DNA of 64,000 nucleotides, taken from Octopus sinensis (taxonomy: Eukaryota). Location: positions 125,240,001 through 125,304,000 of the forward strand of contig NC_042998.1 of assembly GCF_006345805.1 (NCBI RefSeq), read 5' to 3'. Shown here piece after piece: positions 13,807-26,084 of the stretch. The stretch's first letter is position 1. Every line of letters starts with the position of its first letter. The translations under genes were made by a program, and so were the position numbers. The notes under the pieces are model-generated. The model was not told where the DNA came from, searched no databases, and was given only the letters and a program-made list of their open reading frames with translations.

Positions 13807-13967
13807 CATTCACTCGCTTTCACATCTCTCTCTCCTTCACTCGCACGTTTCTCTCTTGCTTTCTCTCTTATTCACTCTCACACCTCTTTCTCTCTCTCCC
13901 TTCCTCGGTCATTCACTCGCTCACATTTTTCTGTCTCTCACTCATTTCCCTTTCTCCTTTTTTCTCC

Positions 13968-13999
<32 letters not shown>

Positions 14000-14170
14000 T
14001 TCCATCTCTCTCTCTCCTCCTCTGTCCTCTCTCTCTCTCTCTCCTCCTCTGTCCTCTCTCTCCTCTGTCCTCTCTCTCCTCCTCTGTCCTCTCTCTCTCT
14101 CTCCTCTCTCTCCCTGTCCTCCCACTCTCTCTCCCCTCTCTCCCTCTTCGTTCACTCTGCTCTTCAGTTT
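13290..14170. repeat. CT-rich low-complexity tract with degenerate minisatellite units
   Basis: Direct inspection. Confidence 0.9.
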
Positions 14171-14319
14171 CATACTTAATCTTTCTCTTCGATCCTCCAT
14201 TCGTTTTCTCTTATCTTATTACCTCACAAACTCTTTCATTAATTCTTAGCGACGGAAGCAGTATTGATTTCACAAGGTATTCCTTATATCTAACTTAACA
14301 TGGATGTCTTGTTAGAAAA

Positions 14320-14978
14320 CCGAATACTACGTCAATGGCCTTGAAAGATCCTTTCATATCAGCGTTTGGTGCACAAAAGTACCCACAAAGATTGTAGCAG
14401 CCGATAATTGTCTGTTATTGATGCCGGAACCCCTAACACGTGATTTCATTCAACAGGAAATTATCGGTGTGAGGCGTCCAGCCACCACATGCCAGTCAAA
14501 TTTCGCTGCTACAATATATAGAATATAAGCATTTTTTCAGAGACTGATGACGCGAAAAGCCAGCAGGGTTATAAGCTATTAGCCACGGAAGCCGTATTAA
14601 AACAAAAAGGTAATCTTTATTTCCATCGATCTCATATTAGAACACCGAATACTGCGTTATTAGCCTAGAGAGCACACACATTGATTGTGGCAGATTAGCA
14701 TAAAGGCACACACTGAATGGGATAGACGAGACTCGTCTGTCGTGAACTCCAGAGTTCCCATGTCACGGGATTTCTTTCTACTATCGTAGCAGAGAGATTT
14801 CACTAACATGTGGTGACCGGATGCCTCTCACTGATGATTTCCAGTAGATTGACATCACAGGATATGGGAACTCCGGCACTCATGATAGACGATTCTCGTC
14901 TGTTATGGTCTGTGTTTGCTTTTATGCACCAAGCGCTTATATGAGAGGATCTTGCAAAGCTAATAACGCAGTATGCTT
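14320..14978. repeat. Three diverged copies of a ~200-bp unit (two direct, one inverted)
   Basis: The atact(a/g)cgt(c/t)a(a/t)t(g/a)gc start recurs at ~14324 (+), ~14649 (+) and ~14975 (-); the reverse complement of 14778-14978 aligns along 14320-14522. Confidence 0.75.
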
Positions 14979-15049
14979 TTATCCTCAATTTCTCTATTTC
15001 CAGCTTGTACATAATATATAGACACTTTGCTTTCATTACAACACCAGCT

Positions 15050-15270
15050 TCTCCCTCTGCCTCTCTCTCTCAATCCCTCTCTCTCTCGCTCGCTCGCTCG
15101 CTCCCTGTCTCTCTCTCTCGCTCGCTCCCTGTCTCTCTCTCACTCCCTCACTCTCACTCCCTATCTTTCTCTCTCCCTCTCTCTTTCTCTCCCCCCCATA
15201 TCCCTCTCCTCTTCCCCATCCCCACACCTCCCTCTCTCTCCCCCCTCTACCTCCTTTCTCTCTCTCGCAA
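15050..15270. repeat. CT-rich low-complexity tract
   Basis: Direct inspection. Confidence 0.9.
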
Positions 15271-15423
15271 TAACTACTTTCACCTTCAACCTCTCACTTC
15301 TTCAGAAACCACTCTTACTCTCCTTGCTGCTAACTTCCCTGTCCCCTGCCTCTCACTTTCACATTCTCCAAATTCTTCACTTTTTCCCATTAATTTTCTT
15401 ATGCATGTTGATTTCATTTTATG

Positions 15424-15458
<35 letters not shown>

Positions 15459-16175
15459 TGAGAGAGATGCGGAGTAGCTGCGGTGCGTGAATGTTGGAAC
15501 GGTATGAAAACTGGTGTTATGTAATTGAGTCAGAGATAATGAAAAGTGACATTGGCTATAGAGTGATAAGGGAAGGGTCAAAAAAAGTTGGGCTGTAGTG
15601 TTAGAAAGTGTGAGAAAGGAAATCTAAGGTTAAGATAATAAAGCCAGTGAAATTCAATACGAAGTGAGAAAATGCCTGGAAGAAATAAAGATTTTATAGA
15701 AATTTGTTTTGTTGATTTTTGACAATTTTATTTCAGGCCATCCATGTTTTGAGCAAAAATAGTATTTTAATTTGGATTTAATTTGTATCATTATCTAAAT
15801 TCATCCTTACCAACGACTTCTCGAAATAATTTGGGGTTATTTTCCTCTTCTCTTTTTTCCATTTTTTCGATAAAATATTTTTCTTTATAAATATTTTGAT
15901 TATCAATACAGCTATGAATTACAAAATGATTTGCTAAGAGAAGCAGTAAGTATACATCGGTTAGAAACTTGACTGAGTCTCATATGTAAATGACTATACT
16001 TCTCTACTAAGCGCTTACACTTCTAGGACATAAATTTTGGCTCCATGATATGTAGCTTAGCCTGACATTTTCTTGCACTCCCTGAAAGCCTTGCCAATAT
16101 AGTAATCAAAGATCTCTAATCATATAGATTTGTGCAATGGCATACAGCTAGGTCTCGGTTATTCAAACGTTACCT

Positions 16176-16420
16176 TTAGGGAATATTTTGTTCTGAAAAA
16201 TGATTGAATAATTGATCTGACCTCAAGGAAGAAGCCATGCTTCTTCCTTTTTTATTACATGAAGACAAAACATGCTTAGAGATACTAAGTCGTTCATTCG
16301 ATAAAAGGTCGTATTCTTCGGTGATTTTCAATACCTTTCTCACCACGATCCAGATACTTAAAATTCTCATCCTTCTGTTCGATTGTCAGTGCTGCTGGCT
16401 TTATTTTCATGGACATAACC
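16176..16420 (-). mobile_element. pogo/Tigger transposase N-terminal (CENP-B-type HTH) relic
   Basis: Minus strand MSMKIKPAALTIEQKDENFKYLDRGEK, then frameshifted VLKITEEYDL...SEQNIP; resembles LTIEQKLEI...LDRGE...IA.EY...QNIPISG of Tigger/Jerky-type proteins. Confidence 0.55.
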
Positions 16421-17194
16421 ATAGCAACAAACTCAACTAATTGTAAGGTATGAATTTGAAACAAAGTCGTAGAGAGGATAGAGACACTGCTGATTTTTAT
16501 CGTGTTTTTAAATCTTATTGCGTCATTTTTATGCAGTAAAATTGTTTTAATATAATTTAAAGTGACCGACTGAGATCAAATTAGCGGACTGATTGTAGGT
16601 ATCGTTTCCTTGATATAACGTTATACACGTTTTCAAGAATTAGAATTTCTTTTAACCATTATAGACCAAAGAGAAAATAGAAGCACCAGTGTTATTTTCA
16701 AATTCAGGTTACACACAGCACAGAAAATTAAGTATTCATGAGACCTTGAGATTTTGTTCAGATAATCCAAAATTCAGATAATTGATAATAATGAAGTAAT
16801 ATTTATAATGCAAACACAAGCAAATGTTATACGACACTAGCTGTAATATTTTATCTGAGAAACTTCTCTAAGAGACCTGTGTGTCAAAAACGGCTTGCTC
16901 AGAGTGTTGGTGGTGGATCGTTATACACAGTGTTTCAACATAACTTGGTCTTCTCATTGTTGAACACGCGCGGGTGTTCTAAGCTAAGTCGAAAAATATT
17001 TGTTCCGAAACAAATTTGCAAACAAAATATTTACTGATTTGTTCGAAAGATAGCCAGACTAGAATCAAATTGATATACACGTTGAAAACCGCACTAGACT
17101 AAAAGAACGATATGTATAACATTTATAATGACGGTTAATTGTCGTATTTTAAATATAAAGAAGGCACAAAATAAGGTACATAATAATCACAGAT

Positions 17195-17415
17195 ACATAT
17201 ATTCACATACTTCCCTTGTATACGCACACACATATACTCAGAGTTGAAACGCTGTTTGTTTGTTTTTTTTTCTTTTCAGCGTTGAATGTTCCCCATCTCA
17301 CTTTCATTGCGCGCATACATACACACGACTCCCTTTTACTTCATACACATATACTCACGCAGAGTTGAAACGCTATTTTTTTTTAACCGTAGAACTTCCA
17401 TCATCTCACTACCAA
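17195..17415. repeat. Diverged ~115-bp tandem duplication
   Basis: acacatatactca..cagagttgaaacgct..catctcact occurs twice. Confidence 0.7.
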
Positions 17416-17518
17416 GTTTCCCATCATCCCTTCCCTTCTCATTCATATGTTGTGACGGAGAAATTTACAAGAGTATTATTATAGTAGAAGATAAGATACA
17501 CGACGCTCTCTTTGCCAC

Positions 17519-17573
<55 letters not shown>

Positions 17574-17954
17574 GCTATTATTTTTCTCACTTCATGGCTA
17601 TTCTCACTACTTCTCCTTCACTGAATTACTATGTTCTCTCCTCTCTCTTCACTTATACTACTCCTTCTCCCATTCCCTCTTGCGTGATTTTGGACAAATA
17701 TATATATATATATATATATATACGAATATATAAAAGCACTACGCTCATTATATTAGGAGATGTATATATAAACGTGGATGTCATATTTTGTCTCAGAGAA
17801 ACTTCTCTAGAGTTTTGAGTGTGCTTGTGCATATATATATATATATAATTAATGACTTGTAGGAACGCAGTATGCAAACATAATATATTATGAAGTATAC
17901 TAAACGCTTTTATAGATTGATACCGTGTTTTACATTGTTAGTAGTGCGATTTAC

Positions 17955-18543
17955 ATCACTTGTAAGGGTTATCTCTACAGATATTCTGTAGAAATTATAA
18001 CCTCCACCGATTTTTGTTATGACGTTTCGTATCCGAGATGTCAGATGTAAACAAACAATGAGATTAAAGATGAGGATACATGTCATCTTTCAGGTGTTTT
18101 TGCTCCTTCGTCGGCATCCATCTAACTCCTTAATCTTCTACGAACACATTGCTTAAATAGCCACGAAATACAGCGGTGTAACGTTACTGGGTACACCAAT
18201 TTTACATATTGCATAACGAAATACCGCGTCCCTACAAGTCATATTTACGTAGCGACTTCCAGGAATGTGTTTAACATGTAAAATTAGTATATCAAATTAC
18301 ATTACACCGCTTAATTTAGTGGCTATTTAAGCAATGTGTTCGAGGATTATTAAGGGGTTAGATGGGCGCCGATGAAAGAGCAAAAACTCATGAAATATGG
18401 CATATACGCTCATTACCCATTTTTTAAATCTTCGGTCCCATTGCCTGTTTACATCTGATGTCTCGGATACGAAACGTTGTAACAAAAATCAGTGCTGTTA
18501 TAATTTTTATAGAATATCTGTATAGATAACCCTAATAAGTGAT
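17955..18543. mobile_element. Foldback MITE with ~255-270-bp inverted arms
   Basis: Left arm gggttatctctacagatattctgtagaaattataa..acgtttcgtatccgagatgtcagatgtaaaca..gaacacattgcttaaatagccac is mirrored in 18274-18543; TAA-GGG...CCC-TAA at 17963-17968 and 18530-18535 is compatible with PIF/Harbinger. Confidence 0.85.
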
Positions 18544-20285
18544 ATCTAATATATATGTCTCTTGTTGAGAGATTTAGAAATAATAATGTTTCTAGTGATT
18601 GTGTGTCACTTTGAAAACTATATATTTTCGAACGGAGATTTTAGCAACGCCACCTTCAGCCGAGTGATTATTCTGTGCCGAGGAAGAGAAATAACCTTGA
18701 AACCGCGATCCACAGATATTGCTTTGTGCTGGGGTGTGGATGCTAAACTCCACCTGTTCGAAAATATAAAGACACAGATTTTGTGTCTTATAGCCAGCTA
18801 GAGACGATGTTTCCTGGGGCTAAACAACAGTAGCATTCATCCCAAACGGGACTGCCATATTATATTGGCAAATAATCTCTACTTACATATGAGAGAGAGA
18901 GCGGAAGCATATATCTTAATTTAACGTTATGGCAAGTGCTTTTATTAATTTAATTCAAGTTATTGGAGTTCAGTAACCGAGGTTTGGCTGTATTTAGCAA
19001 GGATTTTCCTTACCTTTCAACTAAGTATTCGAAAAAAATCTTTCCTACGTGTTTTTAATAATACTGCTGCATCAGACATCACGTCTTATTTTCAAAATAT
19101 CTCTTTTCTAAATTTATTTCTAAACGAATAACTTCAAAATAATTACTTTTCTGAACTTTTCGGTTTTCTTAAGGAGAATTCCGTGCTGGCAATTTATTAT
19201 CGGATGATTCGAAAACTCGTGACGTAAACAATAAGTATTCTTTTAACCATATTTATAAGAATTATTTTGATAGATGAGTGATGTGTACGTGAGTTCATCA
19301 TGGTGTTGAATCGTGTGTTTTACACGCTATTCTTTCATCAATTATCTTATGTTTGCTATAAACAGAATAACTGTTATTCTAAAAGATTTGAAATCAACAA
19401 ACTAAAAGAAACGAAAATTCAATTTTACGTAATTAGTCACATTGCATTTGTTTTCGTATTTTACTTATCTGATATGATCGATGACTTTCACTTTTTTTTT
19501 AAATAATGGCGGCCACGCATCAATCATGCCAATGTTTTTAAGCATTGTTTGTAGTAAGTCAAATTTATCGATTTATTTTCCTTAAGTGTAAGAGAATGTA
19601 ACTGGAGTCAGTTTAAATAAATCAAACATTAAATGAATTGGAAATGTCCTATAACTTATAATGGGCCGTCTTACCTTGACCTATGACGTCATCGTGTAAT
19701 GTGCCAATTGCAAGTCTTGCATAGTCAGAAGCTCGCTCTCCTGCTCACTAACTTCACTCAAAAATCGCAGCACACAAATAAAGGTAAATACAACTTGACG
19801 ATCGAATAAAATTTTCTAACTGATCTTGCCAGAATCTCATCAGAATCTCATCATAATCTTTATATGCCCCTCACCGTCTCTGTGTTCATTCAGTCTATAC
19901 AACAGCGATAAAAGAATACTGCTGAATATTTAAACAATATATGGAGTTAAGGTCGTAGATTAATACGTGATCGCAGCTATTTTGGGGTGGCCCAAGTTCT
20001 CTCCATATATATAGCTGGTCCATTTGGGAAATGCATAAATATCGCAATATTCATTCTTTCTTTTCTAAAAGATATATTGTCTTTGTGCTAAGACACCAAC
20101 ATAAGAGTATCACAGCTTCGATAAAAACATAAGGAACGTTCCCTTTTGAGCAAATTTTGCATACATGGTTGTTCGGAAACTATAAATTGAAGTCGCTATG
20201 TATTGTATAATTATAGTCAAGATACTTATTGTAAGGAGCATTAAAATGTTAGCTGAAAATCATTACCGCCGAGATAATATATATA

Positions 20286-20745
20286 CAGCCTTGACCAAAA
20301 GTATTAGGCTTCTCCAATGTTTTTGGGTTCTGCTATCTCAATGTTAATGAAACTCGTACACATGGTAGATTGTGGTATATTTCACAATATACATTAGTTT
20401 TAATATCTGGTTGACCCTCCTTTAGCATCAATTACCGCTTTTATACGGTTAGGCATTGAATTAACTATTTTCTTGCAAGTGCTAGGCGCAATTTTATTCC
20501 ATTCTTCTCTTGAAAGATGACACTGTTGAAAGATGACACTGTTTTCCGACACTCCTGGATGCAATTTAGCAATTGATGGTTCTAAAACATCCGATAACAT
20601 AGAAACATAGGTAGCTGAATTCATCCTTACCCGATATAAAAATGTTTCTCTGGGTCCTGTGGCAGACACGCAGGCCCACAGCATCATTGAACCGGCCCAA
20701 TTTTTCACGGTTGGTACCAGACATTATGCCTTAAATACTTCCCCG
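20286..20745 (-). mobile_element. Tc1-family transposon 3' fragment with internal deletion
   Basis: ORF 20400-20708 GSMMLWAC..MNSATYV..VIFQQ..EEWNKI..SMPNRIKAVIDAKGGSTRY; TA followed by a CAGCCTTGACCAAAAGTATT terminal repeat at 20286. Confidence 0.9.
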
Positions 20746-20923
20746 ACTCTGTTTAGTTTCACCGATTACATTGGGATTAATTTCAAATGTCTTAGTTCTG
20801 GCGCGCTAAAATTCCGGAAGCAAAGTCTGCAGTAAATAATTTTCTGCAGTTAATGCTGCCTATTAGAGAACATATACGGAAAACTGGTGGTTAGTTTTAC
20901 AAATTACATTACCTGTGGAACGA

Positions 20924-20999
20924 TCAGACTGACGAGTCTACGGACAATTGGATTATATAAGTGATTCATTTATTAATAGACGAAACCGCCGGTCTGTGA
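20924..20999 (+). ncRNA. Type I hammerhead ribozyme motif, copy 1
   Basis: tcaga-CTGACGA-gtcta...tagac-GAAA-cc-gcc-gg-TC-tgtga; core intact, one mismatch in stem I; predicted cleavage after GUC at 20994. Confidence 0.75.
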
Positions 21000-21470
21000 G
21001 TAATTCTGTTTCTTTATATAATTTTCATGTCTTGCCCGCATATAGTTCTGGTGTCCGCTGAATTTTCCTCTAGAGAACATTCTTATCTTTGTAGTTTGAT
21101 CGTAGGTGATCTATTTCTAGCATACGGCTGACCACCTAGTTGTTTTGCCCTTTAAATATACACATGTATTAAAATTTTCTCTGATTTTTCAGATTTTTGT
21201 ATGCTAGGCTACTGGTTTTAAATTGATATTAATTAAATTAATATTAAATTTATCTCCCTCATTATTTAAATGTTAAAATAAATATGTTCTCTAATAGGCA
21301 GCATTAACTGTAGTAAATTATTTACTGCAGACTTTGCTTCCGGAATTTTAGCGCGCCAGAACTAAGACATTTGAAATTACCCCCAATGTAATCGGTGAAA
21401 CTAAACACGTGTCTGTTTTTATACGGAAAACTGGTGGTTAGTTTTACAAATCACATTACCTGTGGAACGA

Positions 21471-21546
21471 TCACACTGACGAGTCTATGGACAATTGGAT
21501 TATATAAGTTATTGATTTTTTAATAGACGAAACCGCCGGTCTGTGA
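21471..21546 (+). ncRNA. Type I hammerhead ribozyme motif, copy 2
   Basis: tcaca-CTGACGA-gtctat...atagac-GAAA-cc-gcc-gg-TC-tgtga; perfect 5-bp stem I, 6-bp stem II, very short stem III; predicted cleavage after 21541. Confidence 0.82.
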
Positions 21547-21724
21547 GTAATTCTGGTTTTTATATAATTTTCATCTCTCTTGCCCGCATATGGTTCTGGT
21601 GTCCGCTGAATTTTCCTCTAGAGAACATTCTTTTCTTTGTAGTTTGATCGTAGGTGATCTACTTCTAGCATACGGCTGATCACCTAGTGGTTTTTCTCTT
21701 TAAATATACCCATGTATGTGTGTG

Positions 21725-21769
<45 letters not shown>

Positions 21770-22272
21770 GTTTTCAGTGTGTGTGTATGTGTGCTTGTGA
21801 GTGGGCGCGTGTGTTTGTATTAGATATTTCTAAGTGTGGCATTGAATGCTGTGTAGGGAATATAATATTTTATGAAAAGGCAATTGCTTCAAGACTAAAG
21901 TTTGATGATAAAGTTAGTCATAATACTAAAACATATTCAAAGTAATAGTAGTACTGAGTAGATGTGCTAAAGTTTACACTATTAAGCATAGAAAACTAGA
22001 TCTGTTTAAGAGATAAATTACAAAAATGTTATCAATACAAAAAACAATATATGTTATGAGGAACCATTAAAACGCTAACTGGAGATAATTATGCAATCAA
22101 AGAAATAAAACAATTTTAGTAAATAGCTATTATTTAAATTCTTTTGGCAAGTGCAGCGGCAATTCCGGACACGTTTTAGCTGTACAAATTGCTGAATAAC
22201 CAGTGATTGGCAGCTTGTCATCATTACTGTCTGTGATTTAAGGTATTTCACATTCAAATGATCCAGTCTACA

Positions 22273-22700
22273 TAAGGAGGTGCTGAAAGTTCCTGACTTT
22301 GGGTAAAAGAAAATACAGGAGGATCAGTTAATTGTGATTTTTATTCAACATATTCTCCTCTCAGATTCACGCACTCATTGCAGCTATCCTTTAGTTTTTC
22401 TAAGCCCTGTAAAAAGATCTTGGAAGATTCGGCCTCCAGACAGACCTCTGTAGAAGTAATCACTTCCGAATCGGAGTGAAATTTCGTTCCCTTGAGATGT
22501 TTCTTCAGTTGTGGAAGGAGGTTATAGTCAGAGGTGTCCAAGTCAGGAGAGTAGGGTGGGTGGTCTACCAATATGAAGCCAAAGTCGCGTATTTTCCATA
22601 AAGTTCCATGTGTTGTGTGTGCTGGTGCATTGTCCACGGCATTTCTGTTTCAAAGCTTCTCGCAGTTTGTCCAAGAGAGACCTGTAGTATTTATCGGGGC
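22273..22700 (-). mobile_element. mariner (DD34D) transposon 3' fragment
   Basis: YYRSLLDKLREALKQKCRG then DNAPAH..HPPYSPDLDTSDY.L.PQLKKHL..GEYVE*; terminal repeat-like gaggtgctgaaagttcctgacttt at ~22277. Confidence 0.9.
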
Positions 22701-22729
22701 TCTCCACTGTCCTGATAACACATCCACCG

Positions 22730-23640
22730 TGCTACCCTTGTGTATTGTTCAGGGCTGGAGGTTCGAAATTCTTCTCTGGGGAGGTTGTGTTAAATTGGAT
22801 CTTTTGGATCGTTGAAATATAACGTTTATCGGAAATAAGAAAAATTATTTTGTCCTTTTTATGCTGTATAAAATGTAATCCCATTTCTTTCCCTATCTGT
22901 GCTTCGTTCGGATATTCCTTGCGTATGTTGCATAAGTATTTGAGAATTTTGCCACTATTAGGAATTGCTACGAATTTCATTTCGTTCACGTCAGAAGCTG
23001 GTTCCTCGTAACAGGACATTGGTTCTCCTTCGTGAAATATGGTTTCTTTAGCGGAGAAAGCCTTTTTCTTTGCTGGAGGTGAATTCCTCAATACATTTTC
23101 AATTACTTTTTATTTTCGTTGGGTCATTTTTTGTGTTTGTTTTAGGAACTATTAATCCCTTGGTCTCCTTTTTCGCAAATGAATGCTATGATACTGGTAT
23201 CAAGGGATACTTCCTGGTGTTCCTTAGCTGCTAACGGTTGTAGTTACTGTTGTGGATGGCTCTCCTTGACTTATCTGGTACTGGTTGGAAGAAATGGCTT
23301 TTGGGTCTCATGGTGTGCTAACGAATTGTGTCTGCAACATATATAACAGCTGAGTCATCTACATTAGATCCTAAGTCTTAAGGTCTTCTTTCCAGTACCC
23401 TCTATAGAACATAGATCTGGTATGATTTTTTGTTTTGCGATGACATAAGGTCTTGTATATCCATGATGATCCCACCACACATCTCTCCAAATATATCATC
23501 TGCAAAGATGTAATCTTTGGCATGATGTGTGGGGATATCATCATGATGTGAGGAACAAGTTTTTGGATTGGTGTATCACTTACTATTTCGACTTCGGCCC
23601 TCATCCTATCCTTTTGTCAACCGTTGTAATACATGTGAGT
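22730..23640 (-). mobile_element. Possible decayed retroelement ORF1/gag-like region
   Basis: Two adjacent non-repetitive ORF pieces (22732-23091, 23371-23604); LCHRKTKNHTRSM looks like an eroded zinc knuckle. Weak. Confidence 0.3.
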
Positions 23641-26084
23641 ACTTTTGCTAAGAATTTCTAAAACATTTTCACTCCCGGAAGAGACTAATAAAACACGTCT
23701 ACTTCGTCATCAGTGAATATGAAGACGAATGTAATTACGTCTTTATTTCATAAATCTTAGGATGCATATATGTTTCAAGTTATCTTCGTGTATTCTGGCA
23801 CAAATTCTTCAAATCTCTTCATGTCTATTCCATGGTAACATAGTGGTCTGTTTAAGAACCCTTGATCTAGACATGAAAGACTATCGAAATTATAGTGAAA
23901 CTAGTTTGGATTTACAGCTTTGTTGCTGTACGACTACCACAATCACGATGCAGTTTGAACGATAAAATTAAGGTCAATGTAGTAGCCTTTAACCGATATA
24001 TTGTTCCACTGACTCAATCAAATTCAATACATTTTAATAAGCTGGAATTTGTTTTGTTTCCTTCAATAGAAAATCTTTACTTTTGAGTTTTGTTTCTTGT
24101 ATTTCTTTTTCGGTTTTCTCTTCCTCTATCGATTCATTTTGCTTTATAAAAAAGACGCTAAGACAATGTTATTTCAGTGGGGAAATTCCAAGAACACTGT
24201 TAAAACTGATTAAGTATAGTTTATTTGTGCGTTACCATTTTATATTTCTCATTTAATATTCAGCACTTAGCTTCAAGCTGTGACCCAAGATCATTATACG
24301 ACGCCCTTCACTATATCAACGATTTTTTCGCATAGTGTTTCGCATGATTAAATTGTCATAGAAACCCTTCTGTACTAAGAATGTGTGAGTGTGTTTATTA
24401 TATGAAAGTATGCTATGTGTTTTATTGTTTATGAGTACGCATAATTAAAGAAAACATTGTGTATATATATATATATATATATATACACATGTGTGTGTGC
24501 ATATATATATAAATATATTAGTTTCTGTGCGTGTGTGTTTTATTCCTTAATAATCGAAAACTCGGTTCAAATCTTCTAACATTTGGAGATTTACGATCAT
24601 TATAAAATCGATTTATCATAAACTATATATTTTATGTGATTATCTTACAGCTCTTAATTGTTGAATGATATTTAGCGAATACGTTTTTTTTTTTATGGTT
24701 TTATATTGGCGTCAAAATTTATAACGAGACCACAGTGGAATAATTATATTCCTTTTAATTCACACAAAAAATTCTTAATATAACAAATAAGTGCTGACTT
24801 TTAATACGGAAGAAAATTACTTTATTTCGAAGAATCTGCTGTATTTTTTCAGAATTGTAATAGCACTAAATCGAAATTGCTTGGAACATTTTCAAAAGCT
24901 TTATAAATACAAATATACATGCGCATTCAGGATGTGTGTGTGATATTGATTTCATGTTAGACGTCTTCTCTTGAAAATGCATATAATATTTAATTCCTAC
25001 CCAATTATATGTATGTATGTAAAATTAATAATGCCTAATGTTGCCAAAAATGCAAATTTCATGCTCAACTATGAAAATCTTTATAAAATCCGGAAACAAC
25101 TGAAGAAATTACAGAAAGTCGAATGTCAAAACTTTAGTATTTGCCTTGCAGCAAATATAGTCCACAATATAGGCAGTGTGCCAATAATTCTGCAGAATCT
25201 TACTACTGTATATTCCCAAAAGCTTTCACTGTATTATTTGACATTTTCGAAGATTACAATAATTCACCATGAGAAAATTACATTTGAATCTTATCATTGA
25301 ACTTGTTCAAATCCCACCAGAGTTGACTTTGACATTCCGTCTCTGCGGAATCGATAAACTGAGTACCAGGCATGTGCTAAAATCAATAAAATCGATTATT
25401 TTATACTCATTTCTTAAATCAAAAGTGTGGCTTTGTTTCAATTTAAGAAACATTGTTGTAAATGAAATTTGCATATCTGCTTTATTCTCTTTATTCTTTT
25501 TTTTTTTTCACTATTTTGTAGTCGCTAGTTTTCGTTTTTATTTCTTTTTATGGCTCAATGGTTGACTTTATAAAAAAATTTCCTAGGACCTAGGTTCGAT
25601 CCTACGGTGCAGGGGTCTTCTACAGCTTTGGCTCGATCCGAATAAGTGAAACCTCAGAAACCTACCAGATAGACTGTTCTTGGGTTATAGACTTAATCCA
25701 ACAGGAATACTTGGACTCTGGGTGTGTTTAGCAAAGTTCGTTCTGTTGTAAGCGCTTGTACTTGGCCTCCCGTTTGAAGACAGCTTAATTTCTTAATGCT
25801 GTAAAAAGCAGCAACTCGTAAATCGGAGTTCCTTACTCAGTTTTCTCTCCCCACCCTAGTCCTTGAAGCTCTGTAAAAAGCTATGGTTCTTTCTTTCTTT
25901 TTTGACTAAGCCCTAAGAACAATCTCTTATCTCGGTTTCGAAGTTGAATCACGAACTCAGTTCATTGGAAACTTACCAACCTCTTGTCCTACGGTACTCA
26001 TACAATCAGAAGTTTGTATTTTTATAAGACCAAAAGCAAAAAAAAAAACAGAGTAGGCTAAATTGAATTCAATTAACATTAATA

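Larger units (their letters stand above)
20750..21717 (+). mobile_element. Non-coding Penelope-like/retrozyme-like element: tandem direct repeats plus inverted 5' segment
   Basis: Direct repeats 20874-21169 and 21421-21717; 20750-20875 is the reverse complement of 21282-21407; each direct repeat carries a hammerhead motif. Confidence 0.8.

Noticed and set aside
12857-14298. Longest ORFs (440 aa, 333 aa)
   Set aside because: Translations of the minisatellite and (CT)n tract (SLSLSL); no protein-like complexity.
14544-14600. ctgatgacgcgaaaag as a hammerhead core
   Set aside because: Cannot form stem II with a loop, nor a downstream NUH with stem I.
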